From NCBI GenBank assembly GCA_032691205.1, contig GCA_032691205.1_4541.1: 64,000 bases of DNA, one strand, 5' to 3'. A program made the position numbers and the translations under genes. Within the stretch, counting starts at the first letter, position 1, and each line of letters opens with the position of its first letter. The notes under the pieces are model-generated. The model did no database searches, was not told the DNA's origin, and saw only the letters and a list, made by a program, of their open reading frames with translations. This stretch comes from a phage. Shown here in pieces: positions 16,652 through 26,740 of this stretch.

Positions 16652-16849
16652 ATGTTAGTCAGTGAAATACTACCTGACTCTAATGGTAATCAGATCACTA
16701 TTGATTGGTTTCCTGGTACTGGTACGCTAGATCTAACTGCTGAATGGTCTGGTGATATTTATGGAGAAGGTGTATTATCATTGTCTACAGAACAAATGAT
16801 CATCCTTCGTGACTTCTTAATTAGTTTAGATCTAGGAGAAAACAAATGA
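16652..16849 (+). CDS. hypothetical protein
   Basis: Start set at MLVSEILPD with RBS AGGAGAG. Confidence 0.5.
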   Translation: MLVSEILPDSNGNQITIDWFPGTGTLDLTAEWSGDIYGEGVLSLSTEQMIILRDFLISLDLGENK

Positions 16850-17115
16850 GTAAAACTTCTGTTGAGTTTATCGAGAAATCCCCTGTTCCAAAGTTATACC
16901 GTTTATCTGAAATTGAACCTATGTCTGTTTTCTACTATTACATTGCAGAAGTAGATGAACAAGAACGGGAATACTATTTGGCTACAGATACAGGTGCAGT
17001 GTGCTTAACAGGTTCTCGTGCAGGAGAATACATTGTGAATAGTCGTTTTAATGAAGCAGACTCCTGTTGGGCTAAGGTTGAAACTAAGATTGTCATCAAC
17101 ATCACCAATCATTAA
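16846..17115 (+). CDS. hypothetical protein
   Basis: ORF 89 aa. Confidence 0.55.
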   Translation: MSKTSVEFIEKSPVPKLYRLSEIEPMSVFYYYIAEVDEQEREYYLATDTGAVCLTGSRAGEYIVNSRFNEADSCWAKVETKIVINITNH

Positions 17116-17137
17116 GACTAATCTGACAAAGAGTTAC

Positions 17138-17167
17138 TTGACATGTGCAAAGCTCTTTGTGTAGAAT
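17138..17167 (+). promoter_or_regulatory. sigma70-like promoter
   Basis: TTGACA, 18 nt, TAGAAT upstream of 17198. Confidence 0.45.
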
Positions 17168-17197
17168 AAAGATTCACTTACTAAGGAGATTTTATAA

Positions 17198-17395
17198 ATG
17201 GCTACAAAGAAACAGAAAATGAAATGTCTTACTCTCACTGAACTGGGTCAAGCTTCCAACTGCGTTACTGTTGGTAAGATTTATTCTACAGTTCTTGATA
17301 AAGACAACAACAGTTTTACTTTCAAAGATGATAACGGAAACCCTCAAGTTGGAATCTACCCTTCCTGTGCTTTTGGTACTTGGGAAAAAGTTTAA
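17198..17395 (+). CDS. hypothetical protein
   Basis: ORF 65 aa, RBS AAGGAGA. Confidence 0.55.
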   Translation: MATKKQKMKCLTLTELGQASNCVTVGKIYSTVLDKDNNSFTFKDDNGNPQVGIYPSCAFGTWEKV

Positions 17396-17587
17396 TTAAC
17401 TGATCGGAGGGAGTATGCAAGACAAGAAAAACAATGTTCGTTATGCTTTGTACGGACGTATGGGCGTAGATTGTGAATGGAGACTTCTGTTACAGCGTAT
17501 TCCCTCTTATCAAGAAGCTATGACGAAGCGAGAACATTATAAGAAGACGTGGAGACACGTTGTTTGCAAACATTACGAGGAGGCATA

Positions 17588-17896
17588 ATGAGCACATTAT
17601 CAACAGCAGTCAAGTTCCACCAAGATTATGAAGAAGCTGTCAAAGATGCTGACAATCCTTCCTCATTAGTGTTTGAGGATCGTACAGGTTTGAAGTGGGT
17701 TAAATCTTTCGATGAGATCTATTTCTGGTATCCGCAGGGAGCCACAAGCGATAGTTCTCTGTATAGCTACGAACTGGAATACCGTGGCCCTGTAGACGAA
17801 GATGAAAACTTTATCATGTATTTCGTAAATAATGGTTGCGGTGAAACGTTTAATGTTGTATTCTCTAAAGCAGATGAGTCTGACGAGGAGGTGTAA
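17588..17896 (+). CDS. hypothetical protein (paralog A of tandem pair)
   Basis: Start at MSTLSTAVKF (RBS GAGGAGG); shares DEIY...FIMYFVNNGCGETFNVVF pattern with the next ORF. Confidence 0.6.
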   Translation: MSTLSTAVKFHQDYEEAVKDADNPSSLVFEDRTGLKWVKSFDEIYFWYPQGATSDSSLYSYELEYRGPVDEDENFIMYFVNNGCGETFNVVFSKADESDEEV

Positions 17897-18201
17897 TGTT
17901 GTATAACCCGACTTTAAGCTTGGCAGTTGCAGCCCACATGCTGTACAATGATTCTGTGAAGGATGAGTTGTCGCCTGTGAGTTTAGCTTTCTATCTGATA
18001 GACAGGGATTGGATGTTCTCTGGCGAGGATGAAATCTACTACGTAAATTCACGCGGTTTTATTGAAAGTTTTGAACTTGAACATCGCGCACCAACAGCAG
18101 AAGATGATCGTTTTATTATGTTCTGTGTAAATGATGGTTACGGAGAGGTATATGACGTAGTATTCTTCAAAAACCGACAGAAGACTGAAGAGGAATTCTA
18201 A
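17896..18201 (+). CDS. hypothetical protein (paralog B of tandem pair)
   Basis: EDEIYYVNSRGF...FIMFCVNDGYGEVYDVVFF resembles the upstream ORF. Confidence 0.6.
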   Translation: MLYNPTLSLAVAAHMLYNDSVKDELSPVSLAFYLIDRDWMFSGEDEIYYVNSRGFIESFELEHRAPTAEDDRFIMFCVNDGYGEVYDVVFFKNRQKTEEEF

Positions 18202-18564
18202 ATGAAAAGGCTACTTTGTGTCCTGATGTTGATGATTGCCACCAATGCTACAGCCGCCCGTGATGGTTTCAAGATTGGGGTGGAAGGTAGCCAATTCTTC
18301 ACTTGGTATGGTGGGGAGGCTGTCTACCAAGTGGATGATAAAAAGTATAACTGCAAGTTTGATCGTATAGATCGTGGAGTGGATAATTGGGGTGACGCTT
18401 ACAAAGCCACAGGTTTCTATTGCACAAAAGATTTATATATTACAGTCAAAGAACCACAAGACAACAGAAAGGTGTTGTTCATTGTGGTAAACCCTGCTAA
18501 ATTTGAAGAACGTAAAGCTTACTATGCAGATATGTTCATTGAATACAAAAAGGAGGAAAAATGA
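18202..18564 (+). CDS. secreted hypothetical protein
   Basis: Signal peptide MKRLLCVLMLMIATNATAA. Confidence 0.6.
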   Translation: MKRLLCVLMLMIATNATAARDGFKIGVEGSQFFTWYGGEAVYQVDDKKYNCKFDRIDRGVDNWGDAYKATGFYCTKDLYITVKEPQDNRKVLFIVVNPAKFEERKAYYADMFIEYKKEEK

Positions 18565-18923
18565 GAGAAACAATCGTAGATGTTGTTATTAATGGTCAAC
18601 GTTATGTGCCTGTTGTAGAGAAAGCTGAACCAGATGCTTTAGATGTTGTTTTTGAAGACGATGATCTTGGCACTGTTACTGTGCGTGAATATTTCAGACG
18701 ACTGCTCTCTACGCTTTGGGAAGAAGAAGATAGTTTCAGTGGAAAACGCCCTTTCGGTAACTCTTGCTGGCAGTTCGATTTGATTATTGGTTTGATCGAT
18801 GCTGGGTACCTGGAAGGTAAAGTTTATCGTGACGAAGATGGTGGTATAGAAGATACCGACTATGATCGTGAAGAAGCAGATAAACTCATCCAGGGTCTGA
18901 TCGCACGTATGTGTTTAGGTTAA
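18561..18923 (+). CDS. hypothetical acidic protein
   Basis: ORF 120 aa. Confidence 0.55.
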   Translation: MRETIVDVVINGQRYVPVVEKAEPDALDVVFEDDDLGTVTVREYFRRLLSTLWEEEDSFSGKRPFGNSCWQFDLIIGLIDAGYLEGKVYRDEDGGIEDTDYDREEADKLIQGLIARMCLG

Positions 18924-18924
18924 T

Positions 18925-19293
18925 ATGAAGGTATTAAACTTTTACCATTTAGGCAAAACAATCCCAGAAGGTGCTGTTTATATTGGTAGAGCAATGCCAC
19001 ACATGGGGCTAAAAGCCTCCAAGTTTGCAAACCCTTTTAAGTTAAAAGATGATGAACCACGAGGATCAACTATACAAAGGTATAAAGAGTGGTTGTGGGA
19101 GCAAATTCGTTGTGGTAAGATCACTCTTGAAGATTTATTAGGGTTAGAAGGGAAAGATTTAGTTTGTTTCTGCTCACCTCAACCTTGTCATGGAGATGTA
19201 TTGGTAGCAGCCGTAGCTTGGGCTAGAAAAGAGTGGGACAAAAGGCATCCTACTTATGTAGACAATTATTGGATTTGGGAGGAGAATTTTTGA
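18925..19293 (+). CDS. DUF4326-like protein
   Basis: FANPFKL ... LVCFCSPQPCHGDVL resembles the DUF4326 signature. Confidence 0.45.
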   Translation: MKVLNFYHLGKTIPEGAVYIGRAMPHMGLKASKFANPFKLKDDEPRGSTIQRYKEWLWEQIRCGKITLEDLLGLEGKDLVCFCSPQPCHGDVLVAAVAWARKEWDKRHPTYVDNYWIWEENF

Positions 19294-19643
19294 AAAATAT
19301 TATTGATGTGGATGTGTTTGGTATCACAACACTACAAGACAAACAAGCAACATTGTATTATCATAAAAAAGAGGACCAAGCTTACATCTACATCGGGGCA
19401 GAAAAGTTTGGTGTCGGAGATATGGTTTTAAATGTTGAAGGAGATCTTCCTTTAGAACAAAAGTTGAAAGTTTTTCGTTTCACAGGAGATGTTAAACTAG
19501 ATGGCGTTATCGCAATCCTACAAGAAGACCATTATTATATGGTAACTTTCGTTACTCCTGCTTTCTCTGGCCTTAATGGAGAAGAAGCTCTTAATGATGT
19601 TATTATCTTAAAGATTGGTAATGCTCTAAACGATGTAAACTAA
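19291..19643 (+). CDS. hypothetical protein (start uncertain, possibly TTG)
   Basis: RBS GGAGGAG precedes TTG at 19291; the track ORF begins earlier at 19233. Confidence 0.35.
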
Positions 19644-19656
19644 AGGGGGAGTGAGT

Positions 19657-20166
19657 ATGTTCTTTGATGCAAATTCTCTTTTTGTATCTACAGCAGGGCA
19701 GTCTGCTGTTAATGCAGAATTTGAGGAAAGAGAAGAATGGATTGATAATCACAACTACGATCCAAGTAATTTAAACTGGTGCAGTTTGGATGTTGGTAAT
19801 CTTAGTAGAGATAATGCACTTAGAGCATACTACTCTGTATATACTGTTGACAATCTTTATCAATACTACGTGTTTCGTAGTCTTATTGTTAATCTTAATT
19901 TAGCTGGACGTTTAAAGAACAATAAGGCATTCACATTGGGACATTATATTCCCTTCCGTAAAGGTGGTGTGCATTTTCCATGCAATTGGATTATTCAAAC
20001 ACGAAAAGAAAACAGTTTAGCAGGAGACACCATGCCAAGATTTAAAGATAAGTGGACATGGGAAAAACAAATGGGGTACATTAATGCACATTTGCCACCT
20101 AATCTAAAAGAACCTTACGCCAGCAGAGCTAAGGAAATGATGAGGATTGTCAAGAGTTTTTATTAA
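19657..20166 (+). CDS. hypothetical protein
   Basis: ATG at 19657 with RBS AAGGGGGAG. Confidence 0.55.
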   Translation: MFFDANSLFVSTAGQSAVNAEFEEREEWIDNHNYDPSNLNWCSLDVGNLSRDNALRAYYSVYTVDNLYQYYVFRSLIVNLNLAGRLKNNKAFTLGHYIPFRKGGVHFPCNWIIQTRKENSLAGDTMPRFKDKWTWEKQMGYINAHLPPNLKEPYASRAKEMMRIVKSFY

Positions 20167-20180
20167 GAGAGGAGAAATAC

Positions 20181-22811
20181 GTGTCTACACAATTGAGTTT
20201 TACACCTACTGATGAACAATACGCTATTGAAAGCGGGTATAAAGAAAATCGTTTCGTTACAATTCAAGCTAAATCTGGATCAGGTAAAACGTCAACACTG
20301 TATATGTTGGCTAATGGCACAAATGATAGTATTCTATATTTGGCATTTAACAAAAGTATGGCAGAGGAAGCTCGACGTAAAATGCCGCCCAATGTTATGT
20401 GCCGAACGCTACATTCAATCTGTTACCAACGTCTTCCACAAAACCTTCGACACAAATTGTCTCGTCCAGAAGGTCAATATGTTAACGTAGCTGGAACTGG
20501 TAGTGAGATTGCCAAAAAATTCAAGATTCAGAATTTGATTGATAAGAATGGTAAAGTGCTACTGACTCGTGCAATGATCGGGTTAATGGTAAAACAAACT
20601 TTAGCTAAATATGAGTTTTCTGACGATGAACATATTGGACATAAACATTTTCCTAAAGTGCATATGTCAGATCTTAAACGTAAGAACATCAACGAACAAA
20701 AACTTATTAACGAAGTTGTTAAATATGCGAAGCAACTTTGGCGTGAGCGTATTGATCCTAAATCAGAAACCATTATGACTCATGACACCTATGTGAAACT
20801 CTTTGAATTGAGTAAAGAAGATTTAGGATACGATATTATTTTTGGAGATGAATTCCAGGATGTTAACCCTGCATTCCTGTCTATCCTTCGCAATGCTAAA
20901 TCGGCTAAACGTATTGTTGTTGTGGGTGATGAGTTTCAGTGTGTGTCTGAGAACACTTTGCTTAACACTGAACAAGGGAAAGTTTTAATGAAAGATCTTC
21001 AGGTCGGGGATAAAGTAGAGTCTTACTTAAACGGTAAAGTGGTGTTTAAAACAGTCACAAACAAAACTTTATCTACTCGAACAGAAGGCAGAAACATTAT
21101 TACATCCAAAGGGAATACGTTAGACATGACTCACAATCATCGCATATGGGCTTCTTCTTACACTTTAAAAGAAGACCAAATGATTGTTTACCTTATGTGG
21201 AGAAAAGATTTAGGCTTTCGTGTAGGAATTACTAACAAATTCGATGATAAAGAAGGTTTTTCTAAACTGGGGCAACGTACACGTTCTGAAAAAGCACAGA
21301 AATTGTGGGTGTTGGATATTGTTGAAAACCGTGAAGCTGCTATGGAAAAAGAAATGGCATACAGTTTACAATATGGCATTCCTACTTGTGTATTTGAAGC
21401 AAGTTCACGCAGTATTAATCAAGAAAGGGTCAATAACATTTTTGAACAATTCGGACAAAACGGTTTTAAACTTTTAGAGGATAAAGATTATCATTTTGAC
21501 TATCCTCATTGGCACAGTATTAACTCTTCAACAGAGAATCGCAAAATGCTTACTGTCTCACTGCGTGCTCAAGGTAAGAAAGGGACTGAGGTGCACTTTG
21601 AATGGACAGAAGAAGAGATGCAGATTTTCGATACTTTGGTAGAGGCAGGTGTTAAGATAAGTAATGCTAAAAATGCAGGTCGTTTCCGTGTTCGTAAGTA
21701 TTTTGCATCTTATAGTGAAGCTTTAACTTTCGCAGAAGAAATTTTAACTATTATTCCTTTCGCCTCTTTGAAAGAGTCTATGGCATCTGTAGATGGTGTA
21801 AAGTATAACTTAATACCTGCCGCAGGATTGTTTAAAGGAATGTCTGTGCTTGTTAAAAACGGGGATACTGTTGTTGCTGAAGAGATTGTAGAGATTGAAG
21901 ATACTCAAGGTTTCTACTATGATGTAGAGATTGAAGATACTGCAAACTTCTTTGGGAATAACATTTTAAGTCATAATTGTATCTACCAGTTCCGAGGTAG
22001 TTCTAATATGATGGTTGAGACTGCCACATATGGGGTTGAGTTGCCTCTGACAGCTTGTTTTCGCTTTGGTCCTAAAGTTGCGGACATTGCTAATGCGATC
22101 CTTTCTGATCGCTCACCTCTGAAGCATCCGCTGGTAGGGAAAGGTTATGATACTGTCACTGGAAGTTTTCATTCTGATGTGGTAGATTATAGTAAACCTT
22201 ACACCATTATTTTCCGTAAGAATTTGACCCTGTTGCTCGAAGCTATGGATCGAATCGCTAACGGAGAAGAGATTATTATTAACGTAGATACCAAAGATTT
22301 CATTTCTATGGTTGATAGTGTTAATGCTTTACGTAGAGGTGATTTGGACAAAGTTAAGCATGAGACAGTTCTACCTTACACTTCTTGGGAAGAATTTGTA
22401 GAGTGTGCAGAATCAGATCCTGATGCAAAACGACTTTTAAACATCGTTGTTTCTGGTAAAGCTAATAATATTGCATACACTTTACGTATGCACCGTAACT
22501 CTCCAACGGCTAAAGTTACTTTAACTACAGCCCACAAATCAAAAGGTTTGGAATGGGATCAGGTTATTGTTGCAAATGACTTCCCTTCTAATTATGATAA
22601 GAAGGGTGAGTGGGTAGGTCTTGAAGAATCAGAACGAAATCTTCTGTATGTTGCACATACACGTTGTATTAAATGTCTGCAATGGAACCGAACTGTTCAA
22701 GAGATTTTAGACATGCATCGTTTAGGTAAGAGCACGGCTCCTGTATCTGAAGAAGATAAGCTTATAGCTGCCCTTGCTCGTAAGATTAATCAAATCAGAG
22801 AGGATCGTTAA
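20181..22811 (+). CDS. UvrD/PcrA-like superfamily 1 DNA helicase, interrupted by an intein
   Basis: GTG start with RBS; Walker A AKSGSGKTST, motif II FGDEFQDVNP, motif III rebuilt as GDEFQ|CIYQFRGS after removing 20940-21977. Confidence 0.8.
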   Translation: MSTQLSFTPTDEQYAIESGYKENRFVTIQAKSGSGKTSTLYMLANGTNDSILYLAFNKSMAEEARRKMPPNVMCRTLHSICYQRLPQNLRHKLSRPEGQYVNVAGTGSEIAKKFKIQNLIDKNGKVLLTRAMIGLMVKQTLAKYEFSDDEHIGHKHFPKVHMSDLKRKNINEQKLINEVVKYAKQLWRERIDPKSETIMTHDTYVKLFELSKEDLGYDIIFGDEFQDVNPAFLSILRNAKSAKRIVVVGDEFQCVSENTLLNTEQGKVLMKDLQVGDKVESYLNGKVVFKTVTNKTLSTRTEGRNIITSKGNTLDMTHNHRIWASSYTLKEDQMIVYLMWRKDLGFRVGITNKFDDKEGFSKLGQRTRSEKAQKLWVLDIVENREAAMEKEMAYSLQYGIPTCVFEASSRSINQERVNNIFEQFGQNGFKLLEDKDYHFDYPHWHSINSSTENRKMLTVSLRAQGKKGTEVHFEWTEEEMQIFDTLVEAGVKISNAKNAGRFRVRKYFASYSEALTFAEEILTIIPFASLKESMASVDGVKYNLIPAAGLFKGMSVLVKNGDTVVAEEIVEIEDTQGFYYDVEIEDTANFFGNNILSHNCIYQFRGSSNMMVETATYGVELPLTACFRFGPKVADIANAILSDRSPLKHPLVGKGYDTVTGSFHSDVVDYSKPYTIIFRKNLTLLLEAMDRIANGEEIIINVDTKDFISMVDSVNALRRGDLDKVKHETVLPYTSWEEFVECAESDPDAKRLLNIVVSGKANNIAYTLRMHRNSPTAKVTLTTAHKSKGLEWDQVIVANDFPSNYDKKGEWVGLEESERNLLYVAHTRCIKCLQWNRTVQEILDMHRLGKSTAPVSEEDKLIAALARKINQIREDR
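20940..21977 (+). mobile_element. intein in the helicase (346 aa)
   Basis: Begins CVSENTLLNTEQGKVLMKDLQVGDKV (block A), TxxH at LDMTHNH, ends FYYDVEIEDTANFFGNNILSHN followed by +1 Cys. Confidence 0.75.
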
Positions 22812-23063
22812 ATGGCAGGGTATCACATAACAGACATTAAGAAACAATCTTACGGAAGCATAGAAAAGATTAAAGAGGAAGTGGAAGAACTTTTCGATGC
22901 TGTTGAACAGGATTGCAAAATAATGCAACTTGTTGAACTATCTGATATTATAGGTGCTGTCGAGGGAGTGTTAGAACAACAGTTCCCAGGTACGACTTTA
23001 CAAGATTTGATCATTATGTCAAACATTACTAAACGTGCGTTTCGCACAGGAGGAAGGTCATGA
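22812..23063 (+). CDS. hypothetical protein (possibly MazG-like)
   Basis: 83 aa helical; EEVEELFDAVEQ...LSDIIGAVEGVLEQ is only loosely MazG-like. Confidence 0.3.
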   Translation: MAGYHITDIKKQSYGSIEKIKEEVEELFDAVEQDCKIMQLVELSDIIGAVEGVLEQQFPGTTLQDLIIMSNITKRAFRTGGRS

Positions 23064-23617
23064 ACACAGGTGTGATTGCCGAAGCCATCCAGAGTTATGG
23101 ACGCTTTGCTGAAATGTTAGATGTTCCTTATTTAGTGGATGCAGATATTTTGGCATTCACACTGCCACCTGGCAAAGAAGATGCTCCTTTGGGGCATCCT
23201 AATGGGAAGTTTTATGTTGCCAGTGCCGAGCAATCATTCTTGCAAATGGAAAAGGATGGCTACGAGTTTATCGCTGGTCATCCCTACATGGCCCTGACAC
23301 CATGTTACCGCACAGAGGAAGTGTTGGATGATTCTCACTTCAACATCTTCTTGAAGCTGGAGTTGATTGAGTTCTATCCCAGCTTTGGTGAAGTGAAAGA
23401 GTATGCCGAAGAAATGCGATACTTCTTCTGGACCTACTACAAAGTCCAAACAAGAATTGTAGAAACAGAAATAGGGCTTGACGTGGAAGACATGAATGGT
23501 TTAGAATTAGGGTCATTCGGAACAAGATTGTCCCCACAAGGTCATCCATATATTTATGCAACAGCCATAGCCGAACCTCGTGCATCTATGGCAATTAACA
23601 GGAGGAATCATGATTAA
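23060..23617 (+). CDS. hypothetical protein
   Basis: ORF 185 aa, RBS AGGAGGAAGG. Confidence 0.6.
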   Translation: MNTGVIAEAIQSYGRFAEMLDVPYLVDADILAFTLPPGKEDAPLGHPNGKFYVASAEQSFLQMEKDGYEFIAGHPYMALTPCYRTEEVLDDSHFNIFLKLELIEFYPSFGEVKEYAEEMRYFFWTYYKVQTRIVETEIGLDVEDMNGLELGSFGTRLSPQGHPYIYATAIAEPRASMAINRRNHD

Positions 23618-24995
23618 TAAATTTGCCCGTAAACAGGAAGTTGCTGAAGCAGCACGTCGCGCTGGTGTGTATGACAAATTGTGTGAAGGTATTGTGAAGG
23701 TGTATGGCTGGGAGGGAGAAGATGATCCAACCTGTTCAGGTGATTTTGCAATGAACGATATGACCTTCCCATATATTTCCTACAATGCCTCCACTGGTGA
23801 AATAAACGGTGTAACCAGCACCAGTGTTGATCGTTATCCAGACGCAGAACAAACCACAGGAGGTTACATGTTAGATCTGATTCTTAAGAAATCAGGGTTA
23901 TTGGGAATCGAAGACGTTTTCGTAGATGCAGATAGTTTATCATTAGGAGATGTTGTTAAACTACTGGTAGACTTTAGATTTGCAACAGGTAAAAGCTTCT
24001 GGAAGCCAGAAGATGCTGAACGTTTGAAGACAATCGATCCAAGTATGTATGAACTGCCACAATATAAAGATAAACAATTCCGCAAGGTTATCTTCTTTGA
24101 TCGTCAAGCAGGCTTAGATGCAATGCATATTGAAGTTGGGGATTTACCACGCCCACACTCTGCTGCTACTGGTGATCGCGGCCTTGTAGAAGTCACGGCT
24201 CAAGAATTTAAAAATATGTTTGCTGCGAAATACGATGAAGCTGCGCCTGTGCCAAGTATTGAAGAGCAAGAGGAAGAACAGTTTGTAGCGGAAGATACTG
24301 CATTTGAATATCTGCCGAACACAGGTGTTATGCCTTCAGAAGATTTCGTGCAGGTTCGCTTCAACAATGGTCAAACAGATGTTGCTAAGGGAACAGTATT
24401 CACTTGGAATATCGACAATCTGGAAGAGTGGGCGATTAAAGAATACTTCATTCTCCCGCGCACGGCAAAATACAACTATAATAATGGTGGACACCGCCCT
24501 TGTGGTGGTCACGTAGAAGTTCTCTTTCGTGACGGAACTACGGATAGTGGATCGGCTACGCATTTCACTTGGGGTCATGTTGGATATGATCGGGATATTG
24601 TTGGTTGGCTTCCAACTAACAACCCTAAACCACGTTACCGTAAGCCTCGTAAGAAGCCTCCGGTAGGTAAGAAGAGTGTCGTTCGTGTCCTCTACACTAC
24701 GCAACAGACCTACACATTTAAAAATGTGGTAGACGTGCAAGTAACCGAGGAGCGAGTTTATATCCAATATGATCGTGAAGTTACAGAGGGTATCAAAGAA
24801 TCGGTTACTACCGAAATTGAAAATAAGCTTGTTATGGCAATCATTGTGGAAGAAAGTAAAGTAGAGAACGGTAAAGCCTATACTGTTCGTGATAGCTTCT
24901 TGCGTAATATCGATGGAACCTGGGATTACAATGGACACGATGGGACCGCTGTGAAGAACGGTAAGATCATGGGAAGACAATTCCTCTCCAAATGA
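23610..24995 (+). CDS. hypothetical protein
   Basis: Start at MINKFARK with RBS CAGGAGGAA; 461 aa. Confidence 0.65.
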   Translation: MINKFARKQEVAEAARRAGVYDKLCEGIVKVYGWEGEDDPTCSGDFAMNDMTFPYISYNASTGEINGVTSTSVDRYPDAEQTTGGYMLDLILKKSGLLGIEDVFVDADSLSLGDVVKLLVDFRFATGKSFWKPEDAERLKTIDPSMYELPQYKDKQFRKVIFFDRQAGLDAMHIEVGDLPRPHSAATGDRGLVEVTAQEFKNMFAAKYDEAAPVPSIEEQEEEQFVAEDTAFEYLPNTGVMPSEDFVQVRFNNGQTDVAKGTVFTWNIDNLEEWAIKEYFILPRTAKYNYNNGGHRPCGGHVEVLFRDGTTDSGSATHFTWGHVGYDRDIVGWLPTNNPKPRYRKPRKKPPVGKKSVVRVLYTTQQTYTFKNVVDVQVTEERVYIQYDREVTEGIKESVTTEIENKLVMAIIVEESKVENGKAYTVRDSFLRNIDGTWDYNGHDGTAVKNGKIMGRQFLSK

Positions 24996-25004
24996 TAAAA
25001 CTTA

Positions 25005-25027
25005 AAGGCGCACTTTGCGCCTTTTTT
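25005..25027 (+). terminator. rho-independent terminator
   Basis: AAGGCGC-ACTTT-GCGCCTT then TTTT. Confidence 0.6.
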
Positions 25028-25098
25028 GATTTCCCTCAAAGCTTTTTTCGGTTGAAAGAGGTAGAATAATAGTTCTACTCACAAAATAAGGATTAATA

Positions 25099-25971
25099 AT
25101 GAAAGATTTGTACCAAGATGTTTTTTCTTTTTTAGATCGCACTTCAGAAACATACACTAGAGAGAATGCAAACAAACCTTCCCACCTTGTTAACACGCAC
25201 AGGGATCTCTTGGCGGGGATTTTAAGCAAACATATGGCAATGACACAGATACTGCCAAAAAACTTGTCAGAGTGGCATACAGAAGGTTTTGGACATATTC
25301 ACGACTTGGATTATCTGCTCTCTCCTCTTACAAACTGTTGTCTTGTTAATTATCAAGATATGTTAGAGAATGGTTTTAAGATCGGTGCTGCACAGATAGA
25401 AAAACCAAAATCTATTGGAGTAGCTACTACAGTGCTAACTCAAATCATCCAAGCTGTTGCCTCCAGTCAGTATGGAGGTCAGACGTGTGCTCACATTGAT
25501 AAAGGTCTTAGTCCTTATGTTGAAGCCAGTTTCCTTAAAAACATGGAGATAACCAAACGTCGCTACGGTTGTTATGCAAGGAAAGAAGCCCTAGAAATGA
25601 CCGAACAAGATGTATATGACGCTATGCAAACTCTCTTGTATCAGGTTAACACTTTAATGAGTGTTAATGGACAATCTCCTTTTATTACAATCAGTATGGG
25701 TCTGGATACCTCTGTTTTTGGCAGAATGATCACAGCTAACTATCTTAAAGTGCATAGTAACGGTCTAGGCAAAGATCATGTAACGCCTGTATTCCCTAAA
25801 GTTATTTTCTTTTTACAAGAAGGTGTTAACATGAAACCTAGTGATCCTAACTACGACCTTAAGCAACAAGCTTTGGCATGTTGTGCTGATCGTATTTATC
25901 CAGATTTTATTTCTGTTCCTTTGAACAAAGAAGTTACGGGATCAGCAGATGGTACCGTTACGAGTATGGGT
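25099..25971 (+). CDS. nrdD: anaerobic ribonucleoside-triphosphate reductase NrdD, exon 1
   Basis: NrdD-like N-terminus (ENANKPSHLVNTHRDLLAGILSKH, NCCLVNYQDMLENGFKIGAAQIEKPKSIGVAT); exon ends ...VTSMG at 25971. Confidence 0.75.
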
Positions 25972-26740
25972 AAACTATAACTGCTCATGTAAAATCTGCC
26001 TAAACGGGGGAACTCTCAACGAGACAATCCCGTGCTAAACGTAACAGAACTCCCAACACAGAAGAAGGGGGTACTGATATGAGAAAACAAATTCGTGATT
26101 TTGAAGGGTATGAAATTGACGAGCTTGGAAATGTTTATTGTACCAGGTATAAGGATGAAAGAATCCTTCGCTCGTGGGAAGAAATAAACACAGGATACCA
26201 ACTTGTCAGAATACGTAAAAACAAGAAAACTGTTTGCTTTCGGGTGCACAGACTTGTAGCTGAAGCGTTTTTACCCAATCCAGACAATTTACCTTATGTG
26301 AAGCATAAAGGTGACAATAGGAAAGACAACAGTGTATACAATCTTGAGTGGGGATCTTGTCCAGACAACACGCAAGAGGGTTACGATAATAACTGTTATG
26401 CTTTCTATACAAGGTGTCACAGTGTAAAAGCTACTCATAAGGCTACTGGTGAAGTTTTTTACTTTAAAAGTCTGAGATGTTGTGCTGACGCTTTAGGGTT
26501 GGACAGAAAAAGAATATCTGCAATCTTAAAGCGAGGAGCACCAAATAATTATGATTATGAGTTCTGTTACGAAATGCCTAACGACTAGCTGTGATGAATG
26601 TAGCAGCGTAGGGTGTAAGCCTATGACACCCCAAATGGTAGACATGCTTTAAGCATGAAGATATAGTCTGATCTGCATGGTGACATGCAGCAGCACGTAA
26701 TGGTGCGGGAGCGGCCTTGCGAGCCACTTTGAACATAATG
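25972..26740 (+). mobile_element. group I intron in nrdD carrying an HNH gene
   Basis: Exon 1 ends in U, intron ends in G (..CATAATG|TGT); joined exons read ..VTSMG|CRSFLSYY.. as one 604-aa NrdD. Confidence 0.65.
26079..26588 (+). CDS. HNH homing endonuclease (intron-encoded)
   Basis: 169 aa; VHRLVAEAFLPNPDNLPYVKHKGDNRKDNSVYNLEW; own RBS GAAGGGGG. Confidence 0.65.
   Translation: MRKQIRDFEGYEIDELGNVYCTRYKDERILRSWEEINTGYQLVRIRKNKKTVCFRVHRLVAEAFLPNPDNLPYVKHKGDNRKDNSVYNLEWGSCPDNTQEGYDNNCYAFYTRCHSVKATHKATGEVFYFKSLRCCADALGLDRKRISAILKRGAPNNYDYEFCYEMPND

Noticed and set aside
17666-18052. Minus-strand ORF of 128 aa
   Set aside because: Antisense to the tandem paralog pair 17588..18201
24336-24980. 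Minus-strand ORF of 214 aa
   Set aside because: Lies wholly inside plus-strand gene 23610..24995; no RBS
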